NCBI RefSeq assembly: GCF_964213995.1
Contig: NC_135804.1
Span: 20,956,001-21,020,000 of the forward strand
Origin: Mustelus asterias
Taxonomy: Eukaryota
Direction: 5' to 3'
DNA length: 64,000 nt
Positions 36,497 to 49,274 of this stretch are shown here, in pieces (position 1 is the first letter of the stretch; each line of letters starts with the position of its first letter). The notes under the pieces were generated by a model. The model searched no databases and was not told where the DNA came from. It saw nothing but the letters and a program-made list of their open reading frames with translations. The position numbers were made by a program, and so were the translations under genes.

Positions 36497-36970
36497 TAGA
36501 ATCAGAGAATCCTACAGTGGACAAGGAGGCCATTCGGCCCATCGAGTCTGCACCAACCATAATTCCACCCAGACCCTATCCCCATAACCCCATGCATTTA
36601 CCCTAGCTAGTCCCCCTGACACTAAGGAGCAATTTCATAGAATCATAGAAACCCTACAGCGCAGAAGGAGGTCATTCGGCCCATCGAGTCTGCACTGACA
36701 CCCCCAGGCCCTCTCCCCATAACCCCATACATTTACTCCATTAATCCCTCTAACCTACACATTCCAGGACACTAAGGGGCAATTTAGCATGGCCAATCCA
36801 CATAACCAACATATCTTTGGACTGTGGGAGGAAACTGGAGCACCTGGAGGAAACCCACGCAGACACGGGGAGAACATGCAAGCTCCACACAGACAGTGAC
36901 CCAAGCCGGGAATCAAACCAGGGTCCTTGGAGCTGTGAGGCAGCAGTTCTAACCAGTGTGCCACAGTGTT
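36497..36970 (-). mobile_element. Compound HE1-type SINE (full copy plus an extra tail)
   Basis: Two successive tails (36497-36635, and from 36636) followed by one core and head. Confidence 0.8.
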
Positions 36971-37068
36971 GCTCCAGTGAGAATGTACCTTCTTTAATTC
37001 AAACTAAGAACTGGATATTCTTATCTGCTGTTTAAAATGTTTGGTATCTTTATTGTTTTTCAGCCTTA

Positions 37069-37792
37069 GGGCCTGATTTTACCATTGCGTTGTGCCCATT
37101 TTCAGGCGCAAAAACTTGGTAAAGTTGGACATGAGGTCAGTAACACGACTCCCGCCCACCTCTGCGCTGCTTCCCCCTTTACCAAAGCCCGAAAATGGCC
37201 GCAATCTGGACTGCACCTGAAAAGGGCGTGACAGCCATTTAAATGCATTTGCATGTGATCGCCCATCCGAAATCGGCGCGAAACAGACATATTCCATATA
37301 AGTCCGACTCGGACGCTCCATCTGTAAGGGTTAGTGAGGAAGTAAGTGCCAAGCATCCGATAGCTTTCTGCTTGAGATCGGTGGGGGGAAAGGGAAAGGG
37401 GCAGGATGGATCACATTGCCTGAGATCAGTAGGAGGGGGAGGGAGGTCCGCTGCCGCTCTGCTCTGCCTGAGCTAGCGGGGGGTGGGTGGGGGGTCCGCG
37501 ATCAGTCTGGGTGGCGGAGGGGGAGGGGGGCATTATCCAGCCTGGGAAGGTTGTGGCAGTGGAGCGCATTCTATCATTTATTTCTGCGCATTTGCAGTTG
37601 GAGGCACTGATTGGAGTTGCAGGGTTTAGGGGCGCGTTAAGCCCCTAAACCCTGCGTGACTCGGAATCGCTAATATTTTTGCAGGCAGAGTGCGTATGAG
37701 GGCGCCTCAGAATGGATCTAAAAGTCGGATCTGAAACACTCCCAGTTTCAAGTCCACCCAGAACTTAGAATGAAAATGGTAAAATAAGGCAG
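37069..37792 (-). mobile_element. PIF/Harbinger-type MITE, copy 3 (opposite orientation, diverged subfamily)
   Basis: Starts gggcctgattttaccattgcg (reverse complement of the right end of copies 1 and 2), ends cttagaatgaaaatggtaaaataaggcag; canonical TTA TSD (37066-37068, 37793-37795). Confidence 0.85.
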
Positions 37793-39296
37793 TTAGTTTG
37801 ATGTTGGTTGTTTTTCCTTTTAAATTCATATTGTCTTGAAATCTGCTAACTCAGTACCTACCACATATTACTTAGCGTACTTATTCCAGGCAGTAATGTT
37901 TAAGGTCATGATTCCTAACCACATTTGCCAGGATTTTTAGGGTACTTAATGATCTACAAAACTTTAAAAGTTAATGGTGCAAAGTTGTCCAATTTCTATC
38001 CGTCTGTCAAAAAATATAAAAATAAGAATGTGTTATTAATCAGCATTAATTCTGAGTGAGCAAAACCTGGATTTTTTTTTACAATAAAGGTCATTAGTTG
38101 GATAAACACAACACGAAGAATAATGATTGCATTTTGACCTCCTGAATGTGCTAATTAGGTCATTGGTGTTAGTGTTCTTCGATTCCCTGCCTCTGATTTC
38201 TGACAGTAATTCACTTCTGTTGCTCCAAACTAGGAAATCCTTCAAATGTTAATTTTCATTTGATTAGACCCCAAGTAGACACCATTGGACATAGAGACAG
38301 TTTTATTCTTGAAGATAGGAGCAGGAGGAGGCCATTTGGCCCTTTGAGCCTGCTCCGCCATTTATTATGATCATGGCTGATCATCCAACTCAATAGCCTA
38401 ATCTTGCTTTCTCGCCATAACCTTTGATCCCATTCACCCCAAGCGCAATATCTAGCCGCCTCTTGAATACATTCAATGAATTTATGAACCTGACTCCTCA
38501 GAGCGGCTATAAGCTAGAACTTGTTTCTCCATTGTTGAAGGCTATATGGCCGTGGGGTAGGTAGCTCACCATTCTCTCGCAGTGGGTTTTTGCAGAGAAA
38601 TTAGCGTAAGGTAATAAGGGGGACAAAGACAACAGTTATAAATAAATGATTCGGTACTTTATTTCTCATTTGCTTCATAAAGTCACTAAAGCCTCAATGT
38701 ATTCTACACAGTAAATGAAATGTGTCAAATGGTTTATTCGCCGTATAGGCTACTTGTACACTTTTATGGTTTATATGCTAGTTATAGTCAATTGTTAATC
38801 CACCCACATAATTCACGCTCTCTGAACAGAGTCATCAAATGGTAACAAAGTCAGAAAAAATGATTTGGCTGAGGCAGCATCAGGACATCACCAGGAGGAG
38901 AGTATTTAAGTTTCTATTCCTCAGGTTGCATTGCACATACATATTTCTTGTCACATAGAGGTTGTAGATTTCTCAACATTGCCCGTGATACAATACACAG
39001 CACACCAAACATTGTTTATTCTTCACTATGTCATTGTGTACTGTAACTGAATTAACCCAAATAGCTCCACCTATGTTTCCGTGTTCCAAATGTACTTTCT
39101 ATACAATTATGTATCTGGTTATTATTATGTTCCTCTTGATTTGGTCAGTTTGGCACATGAAATAAGTTATGGCTTTGAACATATCTCTAGTATAATAAGA
39201 GCTCTCCTTACCGATGTTCTTAGCACCTCTTGTATACATGTTAACACAATATTGAGTAGTGGTAAGAGTTTTGTCATTTGTTTCTGGAAATTAACG

Positions 39297-39616
39297 ATCA
39301 TAGAATCACTACAATGCAGAAAGAGGCCATTCGGTCCATTAAGCCTGCACTAACAACAATCCCACCCAGGCCCTATCCCTGTAACCCCACGTATTTACCT
39401 TGCTAATCCTCTTGACGCTAAGGGGCAATTGAGCATGGCCAATCAACCTAATCCGCACATCTTTGGACTGTGGGAGGAAATGGGAGCACCCGGAGGAAAC
39501 CCACGCAGATACGGGGAGAACATGCAAACTCCATACAGTCACCCAAGGCTGGAATCAAACCTGGGTCCTGGGCGCTGTGAGACAACAGTGCTAGCCATCG
39601 TGCCACTGTGCCACCG
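39297..39616 (-). mobile_element. HE1/V-type SINE
   Basis: Full head, core and tail. Confidence 0.88.
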
Positions 39617-41255
39617 ATTATTCAGGTGCCAGAGAAGCGTGACACTAAGTCAATAATGTAACATTGAAAAGAAAGTTCTTTCCTCCACTTCCTTTGTTGT
39701 ACACTTTCTATCACATGTATCTTCTTTTCCCATAGTTTTTCTTGCTTTTATCAAAAGCAATTTGCTGTATTTTATCCTGTAATGCTACTTTTTTTCTATC
39801 TTCCCTTCTACTTTGTAGGTTTTATTAAATTTTAGCTATCTTTAAATTGTTGCAGCCTCACACTCATATCCAGATTAACCTGTCCAGGTTAGTTCAACTC
39901 AACAACATGTACAATCCCAATCATGGATTACTTCTGGAAGGATTGATTAATAATATTTATTCTAGTAATGGCAAGAAAGAATCACATGCTCTTGTCCCTA
40001 AGAGTTTAAAATGTCATAATACCACTTTGATAAAAGATAAACCATCAAGTTCACTCCTCCCAGAGTGTCCAAGAGCTGGATTTTCCAGCAGGCACCAGGA
40101 CCCCAACATTTCATCCATATGGTGCGATGGGCGCACAGCCATGTCCCTAGTGTGCCCATCGACCCAACCTCCTAGGAGGTGGCCTCACAGCTGTCCACCT
40201 TCACATTTACCGTCCTTAATGGTGGGCTCCCAAGGGTGAAAGCTCAATCAGAGGACCTGCAGCAGTGTCAGGCCCTAGGTCTTCTGGGAGAGATGGCCAT
40301 GGCTGAAGCAGGCAGGCCAGCACAAGGGTGCCTCAGCACAGAGATACCCTTGGTTGCCAACAGAGCAGTAACAAAATAAACGGGCTTGGTATGGGGAAAA
40401 CGTTTACCATGACTTGTCTATTGATGGTTGTGATTGCAGCATTTCATCCCCCTGGCCTCATCATTGGAGCATGGGACCTCCATCTTTGAGGGCCACCTGA
40501 CCAGTTACTGGAGGCCATCTCAATTGTGCTGGTGGCCTACACACTGGTGGGGTGTGTGGAATGGGGGGTTAGGAGAGGGACCTCTCTGATATCAGTAACA
40601 TACAGCTGTCGTCACAAATGTGGGGCCTTATTTGCACTAATCAGATGCTCGTCTCAATAGAGTGGGCAGCCAACCCAGATCCCACTTCCTCCCTAGAAAA
40701 CACTCCGAGAGGTGGGAATGCGTTAAGGAGCCAACCTGATGCAGCGCCCCACTATCTTGCCAGCCTTCCCAACTCTAACCCTGAATCCACAGGGCCTGAA
40801 ACATTCAGTCCCATCATTCTAACAACTTCTTATTTAAGCCTATTCTTATACCTTACCTAAAAACACCAACAATATTTTAATATCTCAAAACCTCTAGTCA
40901 TTGTCCTTCATAAGCATCAACCCAGCTCCATTTTGATGTCACAATTGACATTCAATCTAGTCCACGTCTCCATGATGATGTAAGTTGCTTTTGATCTTTG
41001 ATCTATCACAAGGCTTTGCACTTTGATCACAGAATGAAGATTAGTTAAATCAGGCACTTTGCTTGATTGTTACAGGACGCAGATTAAAATTTGCACTGAG
41101 ATTTAAACCTAGAAATGCACAGTAAAGATAATATCAGCACGTTGCGATGACCACAGATTTCTTCCCCTTAGTTTCTGTCAAAGTAGCAACCTTTTTTTTT
41201 AAACTTGAAAGACAGTTGTAAACAGCTGCTGCTCCCCTTCAAAGTCCATATATTT

Positions 41256-41425
41256 TTATTGTTTTGTACTGAGCTCCTCTTCAGGGATGAACATGCCATG
41301 CAGGTCAAGATGCAAATCAGCACTAATTGAAGCACGGCCAAGTTCTTTAAAAGTCTTTGCATCAAGTACAAGTAAAAAGGAAGATTTCTTGGCATCAGTA
41401 GAAATGACGGAAGAAAGTAGAACAC
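41256..41425 (-). CDS. BCO1: BCO1 last coding exon (exon 11 equivalent) with stop codon
   Basis: GVLLSSVISTDAKKSSFLLVLDAKTFKELGRASISADLHLDLHGMFIPEEELSTKQ*; LHG is the fourth His ligand. Polypyrimidine tract plus cag| acceptor. Confidence 0.95.
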
Positions 41426-41528
41426 CTGAAAAAAAAATTCCAAATGTAACCTTCAACGTATTGCACATTTGGTGATCTTGCTAAAATATTTATTTTACAA
41501 AATGCTTTCAGCTGCAAATCGACACCGC

Positions 41529-41655
41529 GGACGGGATTTTACAGCCGTGCTCGCCCCAAGGCTGGAAAATCGCATCCGAGGTCAACGGACCTTTGCATGG
41601 TCCGTGTCCCGCCTGCTACGATTCCCGTGGCGGGCGGGACAGGAAAATTCCACCC
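41529..41655. mobile_element. Short MITE (about 127 bp) with related GG...GGATTTT termini
   Basis: ggacgggatttt ... aaaattccaccc imperfect TIRs; CpG-rich. Confidence 0.55.
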
Positions 41656-41979
41656 CATGTCTGTACAGTGCGTAATTAAAATGGAACATTCTGAAAATAC
41701 TGAGAAAAAACTGCAAATTCTGAAAAAACTCAGCAGGTCCTGCAGCATCTGAGGAGATAGAAACCGATTTAACGAGTGAAATCTAATAGTGCATTGCTCA
41801 TTCCTAGTAGCCCCTTTGGGATTAAGATCCAATTAGACAGCCTGCTGTCGGGATTCCTGGGTCCGACAGGGGGAATTTTCCAACGGACTTCCTGAAGCCA
41901 GACAGAAAATGAGCACACATCTATGTCACTACGCCGTTAAAAACTAGCATTTTTAAAAAATGCACAAAGGTTTCCACAA

Positions 41980-42304
41980 TTAGAATCATAGAATCTTACA
42001 GTGCAGAAGGAGGCCATTCGGCCCATCAAGTTTGTGTCGACCACAATCCCAACCAGGCCCTATCCCCATAACCTCGTGCATGTACGCTGTTAGTTCTCCT
42101 GACACTAAGGGGCAATTTAGCATAGCCAAACCACCTAACCTGCACATCTTTGGACTGTGGGAGGAAACCGGAGCACCCAGAGGAAATCCACGCAGACATG
42201 GGGAGAACGTGAAAATTCCACACAGTGACCCAAGCCGGGAATCGAACCCGGGTCCCTGGTGCTGGGAGGCAGCAGTGCTAACCACTGTGCCACCATGCCG
42301 CCCC
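41980..42304 (-). mobile_element. HE1/V-type SINE
   Basis: Full head, core and tail. Confidence 0.9.
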
Positions 42305-42659
42305 TAAAGCCTGTCGTGAGCTTGGCAAGGTCTCAGACCATTGGCAAGCTTTAAATGTAAATTTGAATATAAATCACCGTGGTGGGATTTGAACCTGAGA
42401 AATATGCTGGTTCTCTGGATTACTAGTTCAGCCACAATATCACGACACTACCACCTTTGAGGGGAGAAATCAGGGCTGTTTAAATCAATACACCTCGTGG
42501 CCATAAAGGATCCGATATCCCATCTCCAAGTTCTATGGGCTAATGTTATGGCCATTACCAGGGACTGGATCATTGCTGGAGCAATGGTGAATGAGCAGGA
42601 TCGCTGGGACCAGTCAGGGAGGTCACAGGGATGATAAAAGGAGAAGGCTTTGTTGGCAA

Positions 42660-42998
42660 GGATCTCTCTTTTCTCAATCGTTCATGGGTTGTAGGCATCG
42701 CTGGCTGGGCCAGTACTCATTGCCCATCCCTGAGGGCATTTAAGAGACAACCACATTACTGCAGATCTGGAGTCACATGTAGGCCAGACCAGGTAAGGAA
42801 GGTAGATTCCCTTCCCTAAAAGGACATTTGTGAACCAGATGGGTTTTTATAACAATTGACTTTTAATTCCAGAGTTTTTTAAAATTGAATTCAAATTTCA
42901 CCATCTGCCATGGTGGGATTTGAACCTGGATATCCAGAGCATTACCCTGGGTCTTTAGGCTACGAGTTGAGGGACAATACCACTACGCCACTGCCTTC
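42660..42998 (-). mobile_element. Family-2 tRNA SINE
   Basis: Reverse complement of the 11099/53625 type. Confidence 0.82.
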
Positions 42999-43256
42999 CC
43001 TTTCTCAAGGGTGTCTCAATTTCACCCAACGTGTCCCTCCATTGGGCACAGAATACGCGAGGAGGACCCTCCCTTTCCACCCCCACCAGGTGGTTTACCA
43101 CATGGCATGACCCTTGCCAGCCACTCATTGAATACCGGAATTGGTGTAATGAGGCCCGTAACTGAACCTTCAGTGGCCTATGTGAGTGAGCCCCAATGTA
43201 AATCCATACCCTAAAACCATTGACAATACTTTAATGTCTCCAGGCTCCAATCTAGT

Positions 43257-43556
43257 AGGGGTGGCACAGTGGTTAGCACTGCTGCCTCAAAGTGCCAAGG
43301 ACCTGGGTTCAGTTCTGGGTTGTGCCACTGTCTATGTGGAGTTTGCGCATTCTTCCCGTATCGGTGTGGTTTTCCTCCCAGTGTTCCAGTTTCCTCCCAC
43401 AGTCCAAAAGACGTGCGGGTAAGGTGTATTGGCGATTGCTAAATTATCCCTCAGTGTACCCGAACAGGTGCCGGATGTGGTGACTAGGGGATTTTCACAG
43501 TAACTTCATCGCAGTGTTAATGTAAGCCTACTTGTGACACTGATAAATAAGCTTTG
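43257..43556 (+). mobile_element. V-type SINE with alternative tail
   Basis: Same structure as 29317-29640. Confidence 0.82.
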
Positions 43557-43949
43557 AACATAAAAAATAATAATTTTTGCCCTTCACATATATAAATCCA
43601 GCTCCATTTCCAATGTACCAATCGATCTCAAATCTATTCTACATGTATGTCATTGTATAAAATCATTCTTTATCTTTAATCTATCTCACTGCTTTGTACT
43701 TTGATCACAAAATTAGTTAATTAAGGATTAGGTCAATCTTATATTTTTCTTGATTACTTTATTGTGTAAGTTTAAATTTGCATTGAACTTGGACTTCATT
43801 TGGGGGGAGGTGGGGGCAGGAACTGGGAAGGCGATGCGTTCATCACTCGACACTTTCCTGCCCCATTAGATGCCATCCACCTCCCAGTCTGTTCAGCTGT
43901 GGCATTAAATTCCACCCAATGTTTTCGATTGATGGCCTTTCATCAGAAC

Positions 43950-45540
43950 CAGGAGCAGAAGTAGGCCATCTGGCCCCTCGAGCCTGCTCCGCCATTCAAT
44001 AAGATCATGGCTGATCTTTTCGTGGAATCAGCTCAACTTATCCACCTGCTCACCATAACCCTTAATTCCTTTACCGTTCAAAAATCTATCTTTGCCTTAA
44101 AAACATTCAATGTGGTAGCCTCAACTGCTTCATTGGGCAGGGAATTCCACAACCTTTTGGGTGGAGAAGTTCCTCCTCAACTCAGTCCAAATCTGCTCCT
44201 CCTTATTTTGAGGCTATGCCCCCGAGTTCTAGTTTCACCTGCCAGTGGAAATAACCTCCCTGCTTTCAATCTATTCCCTTCATAATTTTATATATTTCGA
44301 TAAGATCCCCCCTTATTCCTCTGAATTCCAATGAGTATAGTCCCAGTCTACTCAGTCTCTCTTCATAAGCCAACACTCTCAACTCCGGAATCAACCTAGT
44401 GAATCTCCTCTGCACCCCCTCCAGTGCCAGTATATCCTTTCTCAAGTAAGGACCAAGACTGTACACAGTACTCCAGGTGTGGCCTCACCAGCATCTTATA
44501 CAGCTGCACCATAACCTCCCCTTTTTTAAACTCCATCCATCTAGCAATGAAGGACAGAATTCCATTTGCCTTCTTAATTCCCTGCTGCACCTGCAAACCA
44601 ACTTTTTGCAATTCATGCACAAGGACACCCATGCACAGCAGCATGCGGCAATATTTTACCATTTTAATAATAGTCCATTTTGCCGTTATTCCTACCAAAA
44701 TGGATGACCTCACATTTACCAACATTGTACTCCATCTGCCAGACCCTTGCCCACTCACTAAGCCTATCTATGTCCCTTTGTAGACTTTGTGTCCTCTGCA
44801 CACTTTGCTCTGCCACTCATCTTAGTGTCATCTGCAAATTATGACACGCTACACTTGGTCCTCAACTCTAAATCATCTATGTAAAGCGTAAACAATTGCA
44901 GTCCCAACACTGACCTCTGAGGCACAGCACTAGTCACTGATCGCCACCCAGAAAAACACCCATTTACCCCCACTCTTTGCTTTCTGTTAGTTAATCATTA
45001 AAATGAGGGCCAAAACATTACCCATAACACCGTGCACCTTTATATTATGCATCATCCTTTTGTAAGGCACCTTGTCAAATGCCTTCTGGAAATCCAGATA
45101 CACCACATCCACTGGTTCCCCATTGTCCACCGCGCTCGTAATGTCCTCAAAGAATTCCAGTAAATTCATTAAACATTACCAACCTTTCATGAACTTGTGC
45201 TGCGTCTTCCCAATGGAACAATTACTATCCAGGTATCTCGCTATTTCTTCTTTGATGATAGATTCAAGCATTTTCCCCATTAAAGAAGTTAAGCTAACCG
45301 GCCTATAGTTACCCACCTTTTGTCTATCTCTATTTTTAAACAGTGGCGTCACATTTGCTGTTTTCCAATCTGCCGGCACAGCCCCAGAGTCCAGCGAATT
45401 TTGGTAAATTACCACTAGTGCATTTGCTATTTCCCCCGCCATCTCTTATAATACTCTGGGATGCATTCCATCAGGGCCAGGAGACTTGTCTACTTTTAGC
45501 CCCGTTAGCTTGCCCAACACTACTTCTTTAGTGATAATGA
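43950..45540 (-). mobile_element. CR1 LINE (RT region to 3' UTR), frameshifted
   Basis: DWKTANVTPLFK...GNYRPVSLTS; VDVVYLDFQKAFDKVP; VRPHLEYCVQ; LEGVQRRFTRLIP. Confidence 0.92.
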
Positions 45541-45719
45541 GAACTGGTAAAAAAAATTAGAAATGCAACAGATTTTAAACAAATACAAGGCAGGCAAAGT
45601 GGGTGAGGGATATTAAATTCAAACTGATTCCTAGTTGCAAGAGAATCTGATGCCAGACTCATGTTGCAGCCATATCAGAATTGCAGCAAAAGTGAAGTTA
45701 GTCACTTTAAGCCAGACCA

Positions 45720-46050
45720 CTAGAATCGTAGAGAGAATCTTGCAATCCCTACAGAGTAGAAAGAGACCATTCGACCCATCGAGCCTGCACTGACAACAAT
45801 CCCACCCAGGTCCTATCCCCGTAACCCCACATGTTTGCTCTGCTAATCCCCCTGTCACTAAGGGGCAATTGAGCATGGCCAATCAACCTAACCCGCACTC
45901 TTTGGACTGTAGGAGGAAACCGATGCACCAGGAGGAAACCCCCACAGACACGGGGTGAAAATGCAAACACCACAACCCGAGGTGGAAATGAACCTGGAAC
46001 GCTGACGCTGTAAGGCAGCAGTTCTAACCACTCTGCCACCGTGCCGCACC
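45720..46050 (-). mobile_element. HE1/V-type SINE
   Basis: Head, core and tail. Confidence 0.82.
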
Positions 46051-46152
46051 GTAATCCCAATACACTCCTCATCTCAAATAATATTACTATTTAATTCTTG
46101 AAGTGGGTGGGTGTGTATATATGCGTGTCTGTGAACGGGGGAGGAGTTGTAT

Positions 46153-47060
46153 TAGAACATAGAACAGTACAGCACAGAACAGGCCCTTCGGCCCACGATG
46201 TTGTGCCGAGCTTTATCTGAAACCAAGATCAAGCTATCCCACTCCCTATCATCCTGGTGTGCTCCATGTGCCTATCCAATAACCGCTTAAATGTTCCTAA
46301 AGTGTCTGACTCCACTATCACTGCAGGCAGTCCATTCCACACCCCAACCACTCTCTGCGTAAAGAACCTACCTCTGATATCCTTCCTATATCTCCCACCA
46401 TGAACCCTATAGTTATGCCCCCTTGTAATAGCTCCATCCACCCGAGGAAATAGTCTTTGAACGTTCACTCTATTTATCCCCTGCATCATTTCATAAACCT
46501 CTATTAAGTCTCCCCTCAGCCTCCTCCGCTCCAGACAGAACAGCCCTAGCTCCCTCAACCTTTCCTCATAAGACCTACCCTCCAAACCAGGCAGCATCCT
46601 GGTAAATCTCCTCTGCACTCTCTCCAATGCTTCCACATCCTTCTTATAGTGAGGTGACCAGAATTGCACACAATATTCCAAATGTGGTCTCACCAAGGTC
46701 TTGTACAGTTGCAGCATAACCCCACGGCTCTTAAACTCCAACCCCCTGTTAATAAAAGCTAACACACTATAGGCCTTCTTCACAGCTCTGTCCACTTGAG
46801 TGGCAACCTTTAGAGATCTGTGGATATGGACCCCAAGATCTCTCTGTTCCTCCACAGTCTTCAGAACCGTACCTTTGACCCTGTAATCCACATTTAAATT
46901 AGACCTACCAAAATGAATCACCTCACATTTATCAGGGTTAAACTCCATTTGCCATTTTTCAGCCCAGCTTTGCGTCCTATCTATGTCTTTTTGCAGCCTA
47001 CAACAGCCCTCCACCTCATCCACTACTCCACCAATCTTGGTGTTATCAGCAAATTTACTG
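46153..47060 (-). mobile_element. Young 5'-truncated CR1 LINE, same subfamily as 16087-17043
   Basis: Open 264-aa frame nearly identical to the C-terminal part of ORF 15677-16963; same 3' UTR. Confidence 0.93.
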
Positions 47061-47634
47061 TGCAGTGGGATGGCTAGAGGGCACGAGTAATAGGCCCCTC
47101 AAAGATATTTTCAAAATACTCCAAAACCTACCTTTCGGGAATGCAAGCCTTCCAGCAGTGTTTACATTAAATACACCTCTGAATGCCCAAGAAACTGGAT
47201 TTGCCATGCCTTCTACTTGCACATTGATATGAGGGTAGCACAGTGGCACCGTTAGCACTGCTGCTGCCTCAGTGCCAGGGACCCGAGTTCAATTCCGGCC
47301 TTGGGTGACTGTGTAGAGTTTGCACATTCTCCCTGTGTCTGCATTTGACACACATCCCTCTAAATCTTTCCTATCCATGTACCTGTCAAAATATCTTTTA
47401 AATGTTGTAATTGTACCCGCCTCTATCACCTCCTCTGGAAGCTCCTTCCGTGTGCACACCATCCTCTGTGCCCCTCAGGTCCCTGTTGTTTTGAGATGAA
47501 TGATCTAACTGGCTGACGGAGTAGGCTTGATGGGCTGAATTGCCTACTTGTGTTCCCTTGTTCCTAGAACCTTCTCCTAATGCTTGTATTAACTGCTGCC
47601 ATTGTGGAGATGCTTTGGGTTAAGGAAAACTTAC

Positions 47635-47746
47635 CGTCATCTTCATCTTTAGCTTCTGGAGCTTTGACAAACACTGGCTCTGCTGGCCAGCAATTTTCTT
47701 CTCTCCACTCAAGGCAGCTTCTGGTCTGAACATCACATTTCAATAT
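47635..47746 (-). CDS. BCO1: BCO1 coding exon (exon 10 equivalent)
   Basis: Hand translation: ILKCDVQTRSCLEWREENCWPAEPVFVKAPEAKDEDD(G), the carotenoid-oxygenase EPVFV...EDDG motif. cag|...G|gtaagt, 112 nt. Confidence 0.95.
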
Positions 47747-48480
47747 CTGGAAGAAGATACTTTATTTACAACAGCATGCAGAGGAAATGTAGCCCTAATA
47801 AGACATTTTCCATATCAAATTAATAAATCTTACTGCAAAAAACCCCAGCAAAATAGGAAAGAATATTCAGACTGCCCAACTCCAGAAATAGAGAGTAAAT
47901 GGACTGAATCAATTCTGTACAGAAACATATATACCAGTCAGCTTGTTAATACCTGATCCATGGACACACAGAATGAACGCTGCAGCTTAAAGCTTTAGCT
48001 TCACCCCTCTGTAACACTACATTCTGCACTCCCTCATTTCCTTCTCTATGAACGGTATGCTTTGTCTGTACAGCGCGCAAGAAACAATACTTTTCATTGT
48101 ATGTTAATACATGTGACAATAATAAATCAAATCAAAAAAGACCATCCTTAAAATGTAACAGTTAAAAGAAAACAATACAAGTTTTTGAAATCGAAGGAAC
48201 ATTCCTCTAATCATTCAGCATTTTAAGTAATTAAAGTGTTGTCTCAGAAAAAGATCACAGATTAATTTTAGTTGCATTTTTGGGTCTATAGGTTTTGCAT
48301 GGATGGGGAGGGGATAATGAGAGGCGACTGGAGTGAATTTAACTCTTAGGCTTTGTGAATTTAACTCTTAAGCTTTGTGTTACAGGCCGATTACTTGTTT
48401 CAGGAAGAAGGTGGACTGGAGGTGGCTGCCAACCCCTGAAAGGTGAGGTGATCCTTGGGCTGTCAGTATGAAGAGTCCCT

Positions 48481-48800
48481 GGTGGCATGGTGGCTAAGTG
48501 GTTAGCACTGATGCCTCACAGAGCCAGGGACCCGGGTTCGATTCCTGGCTTGCGTCACTGTCTGCGTGGAGTTTGCACATTCTCCCCGTGTCTGTGTGGG
48601 TTTCCTCCAGGTGCTCTGGTTTCCTCCCACAATCCAAAGATGTGAGGGTTAGGCGGATCGGCCATGCTAAATTGCCCCTTAGTGTCAGGGGGACTAGCTA
48701 GGGTAAATGCATGGGGTTATGGGGATAGGGCCTGGATGGGATTCAAGGGTTCAAGGGCCGAACGACCTCCTTCTGCACTGTAGGATTCTATGATTCTATA
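48481..48800 (+). mobile_element. HE1/V-type SINE
   Basis: Head, core and tail. Confidence 0.88.
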
Positions 48801-49274
48801 AAGATAGGTATGCTGTACTGGGAGGGTCTTGTGGAGAGAAGGTGGAAATCTGGCGCATGGAAGAACATGACTCTCCTCTTGGCATCTGGAGGAATGAAAG
48901 GGTCAGACTCTCCAACTCAACCTTTCTTCACATTTGGCTTGCATATAATTTCTGTCTCCTACCAGCACTGAACCAACACCGAGAATTGTAAACAGTTCGG
49001 CAAATAAGGTTAGACACAAAAATCTGCATTACCATTTGTAATTCTGGTGGATCTTGAAGCAGTGCAAATGAGAATAAACTCTGTTTTACATTCAAGGACA
49101 GAAATCATCTTCTGTAACCTTCCTTATGGTGGGCAGGCCAAATGATAGATTGTATAATTAAGTGGCAAAAACATTGTGCTCTTTGGGATTATGCTTTGAA
49201 GTACCAAAACTCAGATAATTATGAAGCTTATTAAAAATACAGGTAATCCTAGAAGTATCCTTATATGGACTGCC

